From Bispira polyomma (lineage: Eukaryota), in NCBI GenBank assembly GCA_965649765.1, contig OZ287753.1:54560001-54624000 (forward strand): a DNA stretch of 64,000 nucleotides, given 5' to 3'. The notes beneath the pieces are model-generated. The model searched no databases. It was not told the origin of the DNA and worked only from the letters and a program-made list of their open reading frames with translations. Each line of letters opens with the position of its first letter. Positions within the stretch are counted from its first letter, which is position 1. Shown here piece after piece: positions 22,790-35,687 of the stretch. A program made the position numbers and the translations under genes.

Positions 22790-23603
22790 AAAAAAACAAA
22801 AAAAAAAAAAAACATTAATAATTTTAAATCTAGTAAGTATTCCAACTTTCTTCTTACTTACTTGTTTGGCTTGGGGTGGTTATTATTCTAGTATTCACTT
22901 CAAATAATCACATAATCTGTAATGGTGGTAGCCATTGGCTAATACTTGTGTGTAGTAAAACCACAAACTGTCAGGGTAGTGACATAGTGATTACTATTTA
23001 TGTGATTACAAAAGAATGCATGAAAAATAAACAAAATATACCAAAAGATATTGTGTTATATATTGTGTTACCTCAAGGTCAAAAATGGACTCAACTCTGG
23101 TCACTGTACACTATTTTCACTTGCAAAATGTAACAGAATATTTGTCATATTCTACTTAATGTCGATAAAATTATGGCAGTTACTTGGGAATCAATTATAT
23201 AAATTATATAAAAAAATTTAAAAATTATATAAAAACAAAACTCTCCATGGTCCAAACAATTCAACCATTCAAACTATTTTCACCGGCAAAATGTAAGTGG
23301 ATATTTGCCATATTCAACTTTCTTGTCATTCAATGAAATACACTCAGATTTTGATATATAAGGTAACAACAACACAAAGGGCCATTGATGTAAAAGTTGT
23401 TTAAACTACATCTATAGACTACTTGTATATGCATAAAATTGGCACTTTGGGGAACAAAACTCAGAACTGATTCTGTGACAGATAATTGTACCTTATAACA
23501 AACGAATCCAATGTGTTACAATACCATCATTCACAATCGTGTTGGTTATATTTACAGAAACCCCAGTTGATAGTCTGTACACATATATATTCATAGATTC
23601 ATA

Positions 23604-24050
23604 CGGAAGCCCATTTAGGACATAATAGAAAAAAAAATTGTTTTGTTTATTTGTAAACACATACTAAAGTTATTTCACCAGGGCAATTTATACACTGCCT
23701 GCAAAATCTACAAATTGATCGGGCAAAAGAAATTTTGTTTATTTACAAACACATTTTTTTGGCCTGGGTCATTTCTAAGTTTTCCGGACGATGTAACAGT
23801 ATATAAATTGCCAGGGCGATTTTATAAATTGCCCCAGGGGATTTACGAATTAGTCAGACGATTTAGCAGTATATATATTACCCGGGCAGTTTATAAATTG
23901 CATGACAAATTATTAATTGCACGGCCAATAGAAATGTGTTAAATAAACAGAATAACAATTTTGCCCGGGAAATTTGTAGATCTACATACCTTACCATTTA
24001 TAAATATGCAAACAATTCTTTGTTTCTACTATGTCCTAAATGGGCTTCCA
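23604..24050. mobile_element. MITE with ~55-bp terminal inverted repeats and TA flanks (Tc1/mariner-type)
   Basis: ta|cggaagcccatttaggacataatagaaa ... tttctactatgtcctaaatgggcttcca|ta; internal repeats of tataaattgcc. Confidence 0.88.
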
Positions 24051-26869
24051 TAGATTTAACAGATATTTAAGAGGGGAGAACTTGAAGTAATCATTCTCTG
24101 TAAATAATAAGTACCTGTTGAAATTTAAAGGATTATTATGACATTTTAGTAACAGAAATAACTGGTTTTGAACTGAATAATAAAAAAATGAATGCCCAGT
24201 ATTTTAAACTATACCGTCATGTTAAAGTGTATGAAAAGAACAGCTTTATTCATGTCTTGAATATAAAGAAACTAAAGTCATATAACGTGTGTAACTAATA
24301 ATAATAATAATAAACTATGAAATATACATAACATTTCAATAATATATATTAGTTTGTTTAATGTGAAGTGAAACAAAATACACAAAAGTGCAGATGAATG
24401 GATATTGACCTGGTAATCACGCCCGCAAACATACTAAAGCAGGTAGGTTTAACTAATTAAATAATTAATTAAAACCTTCCTCTGGTTCGACGTACGTGCC
24501 AGATATATATAATGTGTTTTATGTGCATTTATTTTTTCTAATAGTAAAACTCGTATGTTACATACACTTAATGTGAGAACAAAATCAGCAAAAAACAAAT
24601 CCTTAATTTAGGTTTAAACTTAATATGATAACGTTCCTGAAATAATGACCAGGCAATGTTTTTAAGGTCAAAGCACAAAAGCAGAATCAGTGATCCAATC
24701 GTTAAGTCCATGGTCATAGCAAGGTCATAATGACAGATGTTGGGATGTACAGCATGGGACTACGGTGTATAGGAAAGGTTAAGCTAATCATAACATAACA
24801 GTTTCCGACATACAATGTGAAAAAGGTCTCTGGTCAATGTTATAAGTTCAATAGCATCTAAAATTAGACCATGATGACGAACATCTAAACTATCATAATG
24901 GATATTTGTACAGAATTTGAGGTTCTTGTGATAGAATCCGAAAGTGATGGTTGAAATCGCGATCGTAAATCTAAACTCAAAAGTAAACTAATGTAGATCT
25001 TTATCATGAATTAAGCCAAGGCTTTATCACATGCAATATCTAAGGGAGATAGAAACGTTAACATAAATGAATTAACTAAAATAATTGTACAAAAACATTC
25101 TAAATTCTACAAATTTATTCATTTGTATTAAGGTTAAAAACCTGATACATGAATTAGAATAGTGTTTTTTTCACATTTATTTCCAATAGTCTGGTAATAC
25201 ATGCTGAACCATTAAACAAACTATAAAGCTCTCCATCACAAGAATCTTGATTCAAATACTTCGAAAGATTATGACATATTAATGATTCATATGTTATACA
25301 CTACACATTCTTTGCAGTTGCAAATGATCTAATTCATCGTCTTGCATATTGCATTGGTTTTTGGGGAAATACAGGCATTTCTCTAAATCTAAATAACAAA
25401 ATGGTGCCAAATGACACACACTGCAGTATGCCATAAGCTGTAGAACTGTCAACGTCAAGAACTCTGTTCGCTTCACAGTAGTTACAGAGTTTCCTCTAAA
25501 TATACGTATTTACATCTAACAGGGTGCATTATGACATTCTTGGTTGATTTAAGAGGTAGCAAAAGCGTCTGTATAAGATCATAGTGCAGTCTTGTATTGC
25601 ACATCATGGAGTGACTTTAAAGGCAAGTCTAAACTTTCCTCAAGTCATTAGTATTTGAAAGACACCTCTTTCAAAGTTATTTCGAATTACCAGAATTTCA
25701 CCAGGTGTTCTTTGAGTCCTTCTGTCTCAATCATTATATGAGGGCAGTATGGATTTGTAGCTGGACACTGGTGCTGGTGTATTTCCACAGACAACACTTT
25801 GCCCTTTTCACATAGTGGAATCATAATGACTTCATGCATGGTGGATAAGGATAAAGTACAAATCTGGTATTTCACAGTCTCACAGCTGATTTACTTCCGT
25901 GCTGACATCCATAAACAAGTGGGGGTGTTGCTTTTCACCGGGGCATGTCAATAATTGTACGTCTGAAGACACAATATACCTCTGGTAGACCCATGCAAGT
26001 ACTGAGATGACATAAAATATTGATACCTACTGACGACTAAATTCTCCGAGATTTTAAAAATAAAGTACAATTTTACTCCAGAAATCTATGGCCATAATTA
26101 TTATTAGACTATTGGTCAGTACTTTATTTTAGTGTTTACATGCGATGTAGAAAGTCAATAAATTACATAACAAACTTACATGGATATCAATTTTATTTGT
26201 GAAAAGTAAATAAACAATAGAGTGGTAAATTATTTGTCCATTTTGATAGATGTGTTTGAACTCTAAACAGAAATAATAACGTCCTGAATGGTTTCCTCTT
26301 TGTTACAAATTTCAACCTAATAACAAATGAGTCATCAACATTTAGTGAGTTTAAACCAAGACTTTATAATACAGATATTCAATTATTCTTTCATGTACAC
26401 ACACTCAAACATATTTTCTGGTGCACCAGAAAAAGGTTTATCAACATAATTAAATTACAATTGTTGATTAGAAAAACAGTTCTAGAGGACCATATCTTAA
26501 AATAGTTTAAACAGCTTTACCACATACATATTATTGATTTTCCCCCCATCTCTAAAACCTCAAAGAAAGAGAGGGAGGTAGAAGCAGTCACGTGACTTGG
26601 CATCTGGATTTCGTTTGTACAGCTAAGTCAGATTCACAGTGTGTGAGGGTTTTGTATATTTGTGTATCTGCACTGTGAGCTTTTATATACTACACTAAAA
26701 CCCTTTATAATGTCTGTGTAGTATCTTATATACACACTGCTGGGCTACTGCTATTGTCTACAAACTTATGTATACATCATTTCCTCTCCCATACACTTAC
26801 TAGCCTTTCTCTGGGCTATACAGTTAAGTGGTTTCTTTATATTTAGGCATTATATAGGGAAGGTTTCCA

Positions 26870-27066
26870 TATCTGCGGGATCTTTAACCTGTCACTGGTG
26901 ATAGAACTCAGTTACAAGGGGACCACCATTTTTAAATGGTCATCCGAGCCAGTAGGCAAACACGTGTTCACATCTAACCCGAGGAATTTGTCCCACCAAA
27001 GGAAATTAGCAGGTGAACCTGTGACCTTCTAATCATCAAATCAACTCTCTAACCACTAGACCATAG
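26870..27066 (-). mobile_element. tRNA-derived CORE-like SINE (family C)
   Basis: Reverse complement ggtctagtggttagag..gatgtgaacacgtgtttgcctactggctcggatgacc matches 42240-42400. Confidence 0.7.
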
Positions 27067-29724
27067 GAGATCATGTATAACAGTAGCAGAAGTTAAATAT
27101 CATATGGTGATTTTGGTGAAATAATTATCTTTGAAGTCTACGTTTAGATCAGATTAATCGTCTCTGTATCCCAAGGTCTTCATCAATACCAAAAATGTAG
27201 ACTTATAACAACTTGCGTAGAAATGTTATAGATAATTTGTTATTCTACATATCCAGCCAGATGTACCACTACAAGGAAATCTCAGTAAGAATGTTTACTG
27301 GAATGATCCAAAACAATAGGTCCAAATTCTTGCACCCAAAGTCCAAAGCTATTCATTGTCAAAGATTCGAAAGGCTTATGACTTGATGGTATTTATTAGG
27401 AAAATTGGAACAATAGTATTTATTAGCCACAGTACATAAATACATACAGTATCAACATCAAGACCAGTAAAATCTCAAGAATTTGCTTTGAATTGCAAAA
27501 AAAACACGTTTATTTCATATATGTATAAAGACTATAATCGTCAAATTGTTTTTATTGGTGCATTTTTAAGTGCGAGAAATAAATAAATAATAATAATACT
27601 CCCAATAAAAAAATCTAGATTGTCCTTTTGAATAAGTTTTCACACAAATTAATAGATAAATACCCCCCCCCCACCCCCGCCCTTCACCAGAAAAAAAAAA
27701 AAAGCAAAAAAAAAACAAAAAATCACATTTTAAAACTTTTGGAGTGGAGGTAATGACGTAATATTGGTACCAGCAACCTGCATTCTAGCCATAAACTATG
27801 ATAAATTAGGCAAAATATATCTTTGTTCATGTTATCATGTTAGATTAATTCTTGTATGCATATGTAATGCTGTAGAGGTCTAGTTTCTTTCCTTCATTAG
27901 GTGCTACAAACTTATTTACTGTATACAGCACCCAAGCTTTTGGAGGGTTTGAGAGGTCGTGGTTTCAAATCTCTGTCCAGACATGCATGCACGAAAATTG
28001 ACAGTAGACTTGTTGAAGGCTGGTGGTTTTTAGAGCACAAATATAATGTTGAATCAAACTTTACATTAAAATCAAAACTAAACTACGTTTTTGAGCCTTT
28101 TGCAAGGCTAGATCTTCCCTTGGGGTTTACTTGCTTTCATCACCAAGAAGCAAGTGAACTGGGCAGGAGATTCTTCAGGCCTGCTGTAAAATATATACAC
28201 ATATATACCAGAAGTTTACTGGGTTCACTGTTATATACTAAAAATATATTGAACTATTATAAATTACAGCTCTGTGTTGAATATGTGAACATTTCACACA
28301 CACACACACACATTTAATATAATCACACCAACTGTTTGAATTTTGGACACAGGAAACTGTTAAACAAACTAACTGCAATTTAATGATGGGATAATATCAT
28401 ATGCTATATATATCTGCTATCTGCTGTATGTGTATAGTTACCAAAAAGTTCAAATTTGTTCTTTCTGTATCAGTAAAATAGGTTATTAAATGGTGTGTAT
28501 TTGTGTGTGTTTTAAAGGTCCATTTTAATTGTGTGTTGTTCAGTACTACAAATGCATTGAAATAACTTGGTATAAAAGAAGCATATGTGATTGGGTTTTC
28601 CTCTTCTTCTGGAATTACTGTTTTGGAGGTTGTGTAATATATTTTCTTGCATTGCATAATAATACACAGACTGTGAGATCATAAATAGTGATGGATTCTT
28701 GAGTAGAAGTTGATGATTTAGTCTTCAGATATTATGATACATGCCAGTCTTTAGTCAGTCAAGCAAATCAAACTCCCCTGCTGCTGAAAACTATAGCTGT
28801 ATATAATGATATACTGAGAGTGAAGATGCCATTTGGGTGAAGTCTGAGAAGAAATAACTCTACAATACTAACCGGTAAGTTTTTTGTAGCTGTCTTAGTT
28901 TATTGCTACAGACTTGAGTTACAATAGAAGTACTTGAGTTACAATAGAAGTACCAGTACTGACACTTTGTCATGAAAAACTATAGTATGTCTGTTGACTA
29001 AAAGTTATCCGTTTAAATTATTTGGCATTAGTTGGTGTCATTTAAATGTCTTCTTAAAGCTTGATTAACTAAATAGAATGCAGATAAAATATAACTTTGA
29101 AATACAACAATACTAGGCTCAAGTGTGGTGTATATTTTAAGCAAGAGTCTATAAAACAGGTCCCACCTCAATAGCCATTTTGTCTATGCACACTCATTAT
29201 TGGACAGGGCTCTACATTATTATATTCTTTGTACAGTCTTATTGTTTCACTGGTGGCTGTAATTTTGTGATGTGTATAGTAAAAATATGTTATCAAAGCT
29301 ATATACTTTGCTAATCATTGGTTCTGATCAACTTTACACATGTTTTTTTTCATTACACATTACGATTCCTAATATATAGTACCCCATTTAACAGTTATTT
29401 CATTTCAATATATATAACTAGCTTCTCATATATTAAAAAAAAAAAAAAAGCATTTTTCTGTTCTTTATTTTTTAATGAAATTTCAGTTACACTCTTTAGA
29501 AATATTTTGCTTTTAATTTTAATCTTATTTGCCTTCCACATAAGTGAAAAATTTCACTATAATTAATATCACATTTTTAAACAGAACTTGTTCTATGGCA
29601 GTTGTGCTATAAAGCAGGTTCCCTGTCTATAGCCACTTTGTTAATGCAATAATAATAATAATAATAATAATAATTAATAGTAAAATATTATAGTTAAACC
29701 AAGTAAAAAAATTTAATTAAAATT

Positions 29725-29990
29725 TTCACCAAGGAGAGGTCTGGTGGTTTCGAAGTTGGTTTAGTAATAAAAAGGTCTCTGGTTCAACTCCTCCTGACGC
29801 TGCTACGTTTAATGGTCGGATAACATCCTTGGGCAAGATGTGGACATGACATTGATGACCCAGGCCTTGTTTTTGGACTATCTCGTGTAGAGAATGAACA
29901 CATAAGAGGGTGATACATGAATATAAGTAAACCGAGTTCTCTGTCGCTGAAACAGCCATGTTTTTATTGTTGTGTGTGGCTGTTTCCCTC
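29725..29990 (+). mobile_element. tRNA-derived CORE-like SINE
   Basis: ggtctggtggtt..ggttcaactcc..acatccttgggcaagatgtg. Confidence 0.6.
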
Positions 29991-30194
29991 ATCGTGCTAA
30001 TAGTTTAAATAAGTTCTTCAATTAAAATTTTCACCATGAAAATAAATCGACTAACTGGTTAAGCTATAAATATTTCATAAACTTCAACAACATAGATTTT
30101 ACATGAGAAAGCAATCCTTTCCCGCCTATAATAAATCACATAATGTAATGATTAACAGCCTAAACATGCTACACTTTCTTTGTGACTATTCTTA

Positions 30195-31135
30195 AGCCCA
30201 TGTCACACACATAAGGATTAGAGCTACAGAAGTGTGAAAATTGAGATTCATATCGAACCTGGACAACGCTTCGAAAAAATTGCAGTAGCCAGTCAGCAAA
30301 TTTTCTAAATATTCATGGATTTGTACTAAAATTGTATAAGTCTTGGTGATGGAAAGGTGGAATATTCACAACAAGTCATTGTTATTTGGTTATTTATCAG
30401 AAGGTCTAATCATAAAATAATTGTCAGCAAATGTGGGACATTCGTGAATAAATCGACTTTGCTATACATGGCAATTATTGGCTGAATCCTAGGTGCTTTT
30501 TATTCCTTGTCTGGCATGGACTTTAGGCATTTTCTCACTTTCACGACCATGGCTATTGACTTCAGGGACGATTTAGGCGATGTAAAGCCATCTACAATTC
30601 GCACAGGATGTACTCTAGTCATGCTCGCTATAGGAGCAACTTTAGTGATCACACCACATGCAAGTTGCATTCTCCAATCACCCCTAACTCCACCATAAGT
30701 CGTTGTTTGTGTGACCTGTGTGCTCTTGTCACGATTGTTACATACAGGATGGTTGGTACAATCAGTTGTGTATTGAGCTAAGAAGGCACCACATTATCTA
30801 TAGAAACAATGAGGTGGTCTTATTAGGTGATCATAGGGTCCTACCAATACACACAGCTAACATGGTGGCAGCAGTCTTTGCTCAACTAACAGTGCAATCC
30901 TTGCGATGGTATTGCATTATCAACTTGACCCTGGCACTTCTAACAGTACCTCCTATGTTAAACTGTCACACGGTTTGCCTGGTTTTGCACAACAGGGACT
31001 ACTGGACAGACACCAGATGCAATCTCAGCGTTTCAAATCATTTGAAACTCGATAATGGGTGATCTGGGAGGGGCAATCCACATCACTTCAGCATCGTACT
31101 GGGATCTCAAAATCGCTAAAGTGAGAACTAGGCTT
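30195..31135. mobile_element. PIF/Harbinger-like non-autonomous DNA transposon
   Basis: Imperfect TIRs taagcccatgtcacac / gtgagaactaggcttta in T/A-rich flanks; no coding capacity. Confidence 0.6.
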
Positions 31136-32434
31136 TAAATTAGTCATACTTAGCATTGCATGTATTTTACATGTTGTAACAGCTGCTGTAGGAAGTAGTT
31201 ATATTTTTTTGGCAGATTTCTTTTTCAGTGTTTAGTTTTAGTCACTTATCTAACTGATGCAGGCTGTCAAGCCCGCCAATATCTTGTAAAATACAGTTAT
31301 ATTTTTGTTAGGAGAGGACTACACCCATGTATTCTTACTGCAGTATAAAGAAAGATAGATATCAGATTTACATGAGATAGAACAAATTAAAAAGAATTAT
31401 CTAACTTTAAATAGTGTCTTTCGAATGTTTGCTCATTAGGGTAACTGATAAACCTTCTTATCATATTTCCCGGTTGTGTTTACATACTGTTAGAAATTTT
31501 GATAAATGGTTTCTATCATTTATGTAAGTGGCACAGATTTTCTTCTCTACGCACATATACAGATACAAGTACTATGGTTATGTAACTTGCCAGTCACTGG
31601 TCACTTTGCAGTGAAAAGGTGTGTGTGTGTGGGGGGGGGGGGGGGGGGGGACTTGATTAATCATCAACACCACAGTTACATAACTGAATATATATTAACA
31701 CTATATACAGAGGCTGTTATATGTTGTCCAGGCAGATCTATTTTTTCCTAGGGTGTCAAATGCTCAACTCTTCTTTCAATTTAACAATGTTAATGCGTGA
31801 TTTAAAGCTATATATTTTTATTGTTTATGACAAACCATGTTGACTAAAACAATTGGTCTGAAATTGAGTTTTTAAAATTAGTAGTTTTGTGTCTAAACTT
31901 TTTGTTTTTGTCTTAATATATATCATAAATCAACACTGTATTTATTCTAGTGCACTACTCATTGATAACCTAGACCCTTGTGATTTCTAGATAATTGCTG
32001 TGTGTTTTCCTTTTCAGTAGAAAATTAAATATTCTACCAGAATATCAGGGTATTTTGACATATCTACCTCAATGCAATTTAGTTACTTTTGACAAGCTCC
32101 CCCCCCATACACACACATCAAAAGTAGCTTCACCACATATTCAATATAAGGGTCTACTTGAAGGGAGTTTAGGATGGTGACATCCATTCTACTCTCAGTG
32201 TAATCAGTTTGAATAGAATCATCTTATATAGTAGCCTCATATGTTATTTTATTAAACTTTCACCCCTAAAAAGGTTCAGTTTATGTTTTTTTCCTTTATG
32301 TAAGTTGCTTGATATGTGTACATTTTGTACACCATTGACCACCCAAGCTAGTCACTTTAAACTCCACCCATTACATGTCTTATTGCTTTTCATCAACTAA
32401 TTCATAGTAGTAGTTCTTCTACCCGGGTAGATAG

Positions 32435-32663
32435 GGGGCCTTGGTGGCATAGTGCTAACACACTCGCCTCTCACTTCTATGGTCCCAGTTCGAATTTCGG
32501 TCGGAGTTTTAAGTAGGAAAATTGACAGTTACATCCTGATGGTCGCTGGTTTTCATTGTAGACTCTTGACCACCTAGCAAACAGTGGTTTCCTCCAGCAT
32601 TAAAACTGCCAGTCGTGATATGACCTATTCAATGTTGAAAACGACGTTAAAGCCAAATCAAAT
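32435..32663 (+). mobile_element. tRNA-derived SINE (family B)
   Basis: ggggccttggtggcatagtg A box, gttcgaatt B box, ggtttcctcc core, gacgttaaagccaaatcaaatc tail. Confidence 0.8.
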
Positions 32664-35600
32664 CTACCTCGGGTAGAAACGATACAATGGAAATAACTCG
32701 TACATAACTCCATTACTATGGAAATGTGCTCAAACTTGTTATATGTTGCATTGTTTCCCAGAGATACATGATTTTTTAAAAAATAGAAGCATTCAATAGG
32801 TCTGCCAAAATTTTGAAAGAATACATGCCAGCTCAGTTCACACCCAATTGGGTTGAACATTTTCAAAAAAAAACAACGCACCCTCTTGAATGGAACTAAT
32901 TTATCCCACCTAAATTATAACAATGCTGTATTCACATATTTGCAAACTGGTAATGTAAAATCTATGTATCTAAGCATGATATATGTCCAGGGTTTTATGA
33001 TTTACACATGAAAATATTTCAAGGGAGCCTGTTTGTGTTGGTTACTACTAAAAAGCAATAACATTTGAACTGCTTTTTCGGTTGTTTAGGGCTGGAGCAT
33101 AGACATATATTGAATGAAACCTAATCTCCTGATTGGGCAACTTCATGTCACATGATCTTTATTAACATCATTATTGTCCAGACATTTTGTAAAACAGATT
33201 AAAAGTATATGTACAGTGTATGCATTCTCACAGACTTGATCTTTATGGTGTGGGCTGAATTTTAACCCAGCCTGTTTTCAATGTTTTTAAGCTTCACAAA
33301 AAAGGTGATAAGGTTTGTAAATAAACAATACCAGGGCATATGGCAGACCTTGCAATGTCAGAAAATGTTGCATAAAACCTTGAACTAGTGTTAAGTTAAC
33401 CATACTCCATAATGTGAATCACAAAAAAAACAACGTTTTTTTCATTCTCAGTCAAATGTTTATACGTTTCCCTAAAGAAATGGTCTATTTTTGTCTCATT
33501 GTGGGAAACTGGATAAGAAATTTAATAATGAATTCATGTTCAACATGAAGGATGGGAAAATAAAGCAAAGGAAAGCAGCCAAATTTCTGATGCTGTCAAA
33601 AAAAAAAAAGAAATTTTGTAAGATTTAGAACCCTTAAATTTATCGACAACTTTTGTGAGTTAGATTTTTGGTAATGTTTGTTACACATTCATAACACCTA
33701 CATGATTTTAAATCATTATTGTTTTTGTAACAATGATAATGAAATAAAACAAGGATAGTTACAAATAAGGTATTATAAGATGGTTAAATTTTATCTTAAT
33801 AAAATTAAGCATATAGGATGCTTCATCTCACTTCTTGTACATGAACTATCCAAGGTTTGATTTACTCCCTCCACACCACTGAGAGCATGGGGAGGATATT
33901 TACTGACTGTTCAGCTTCACATCAGTTTTCGTGATAAAAACTACATTAAGCCAGCATCCTCTCTACATATACTGGAGTTCCTCCTTGTGTAGATGTCTTG
34001 TGAAGATAAGCTACATCCACAGACAGCAGTAGGTAGCTTAAAGTGGCCAGCCCACAAACAATCATAGAGGCACTTTACAAGAGTGATCTAAACATATTTC
34101 TCTTCTGAAGAGGTCCATATCATCAGCAAGACAGGGGAATTTATTGTCTTAGGTGAGAAAACTACTTGAAGCAGTTTTCTAATCACATCTGGTGGTGAAT
34201 TTTTTGTTGGTTTCCCTAAGAGCAGATAGTTGACTCAAGATATGAGCTAGCTTATGAGACGACTAAAGAGATGGGTACAGATGTATATAGAAAGAAGTAG
34301 TGTGTATGCTGAGATGTTTACTGTGTGTGTTGAAATGTATTGTACACAAGATAACAGAAAGAAAACCAATTACATATGCTCAAAAGCTTTCCAGTTGGGA
34401 AATTGCTTTTCATCTGAAACACTCCTTGAAAAAAACCCATTTTACCAGTGCTAACATAAATATGTAAATGCTTCAATGCTAATGGAGGTAAAGTTGTATT
34501 TGTACACTATTTAATTTTACAGTAGATTTATAATCCACAATATGTTGAAGATATATATTGTTCACTAAGTATTAGGTTAAAAACCAAATACCGGTATTGA
34601 TATATGGGTCTCCCATGTATGGGAACTTTGCAGTTATCCAAACGAATCCAATGTCTCTAGAGACTTGTGGATGGATGGTTGTGGTTCTTCTGTAGACGTG
34701 TTTTCAATGGACCAGTTAGCATCCCTGCAGGTGTAACCAGCTGCTGTTGCATGAGATAACCTGTTCTTCTTATACTCTACAAACAGTTGAAATACATGAG
34801 TAGAAGATAATAGTTTTTGCGATAATATTGAGTCAAACAATATTTCCGAAAATCCAAAATCTTTGACACTGATAACTGTCTGATAACTGAATAGTACAAA
34901 AATACTGTAAATCAGGGATTTAAGTGTTGTGGATAACCCAAATTACTTAGATGTCTAAGAATACTGTTCTAATAGCCTTGCTATTAGGCCCAACATCAAA
35001 GTTTAAAAAAAATTCTGGCGAACTGATTGTGTACACCTGAATAACATAATATGCTCTAAAAACTTGTATATTACAACATAGACAGATATGTGTATATTAT
35101 TCCTTTGGGTTCGATTCAGACAAGAAAATATAGCCTGTTACTTTATGTTAAATTAGTTGTGCACATAATTTTTTAATTCATTCCAAATCAAATTAGACTT
35201 TCTGACAAACTTAAGCCTTAAGCAGGGCTATTGTAGTACTGATCAAGGAGTAAGATAAGCCATTCTATATGGATTAGGAAGAGAGGGATGATTGAGATGG
35301 TTAGACCCTGGGATTATTATCTAGACCTGATACAAGTGAAAAGTAGGGATGCAGACAAAAGTTTATATTGTTGAGAGAATCAAACGAAAAAGAAAGCACA
35401 GAGCCTAAGAGTGTTGGTATGTGTTAAAATAACTGTACAGAAAACCATGGCTCCTGTACAAACTCATGTTACTTTATGATGGATGGCCGTGAAATAACGT
35501 GGGATTAGCTTTTGTGTGTGTGAATATTGCAATGTTTTTTACCTCTACTTTTGCCTGAGCAAATAAGAAAAAAAATTGGGGGCGATGTATTTGTAAAGAA

Positions 35601-35687
35601 TATATGCTGTTGTTTGTGTAATAAACCTATTGTACCTTTTTTCCTTTGCTTTCAGAGTATAGAACTCCCACTGAAGACAAAAGCAAC

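Larger units (their letters stand above)
17200..22900 (+). mobile_element. Degenerate tyrosine-recombinase retrotransposon (DIRS superfamily, Ngaro-like), element 2
   Basis: gag-like ORF1, RT (KADLQRAFR, PFGLRHG, FNYIDDIIG), RNase H (YVDASLTGLG, YCDNLAVV) and recombinase (GLFRISN, HAFRRSGA, HGTWTSDAVWTY); outer boundaries approximate. Confidence 0.9.

Noticed and set aside
17180-23000. Split direct repeats or ITRs expected at Ngaro/DIRS termini
   Set aside because: I could not find convincing terminal repeats by eye for either element; a short gatc..ctgatctag..ggacatttt similarity at 8850 and 17237 is too weak
34090-34220. Peptide EEVHIISKTGEFIVLGEK..ITSGGEFFVG faintly like a G8 domain
   Set aside because: Short, interrupted by stops, with no supporting exons; cannot be supported without a search
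35646-35687. 14-aa N-terminal extension of GPCR copy 2 in the ORF track
   Set aside because: The TTG start lies in an intron polypyrimidine tract; the paralogue supports ATG 35688
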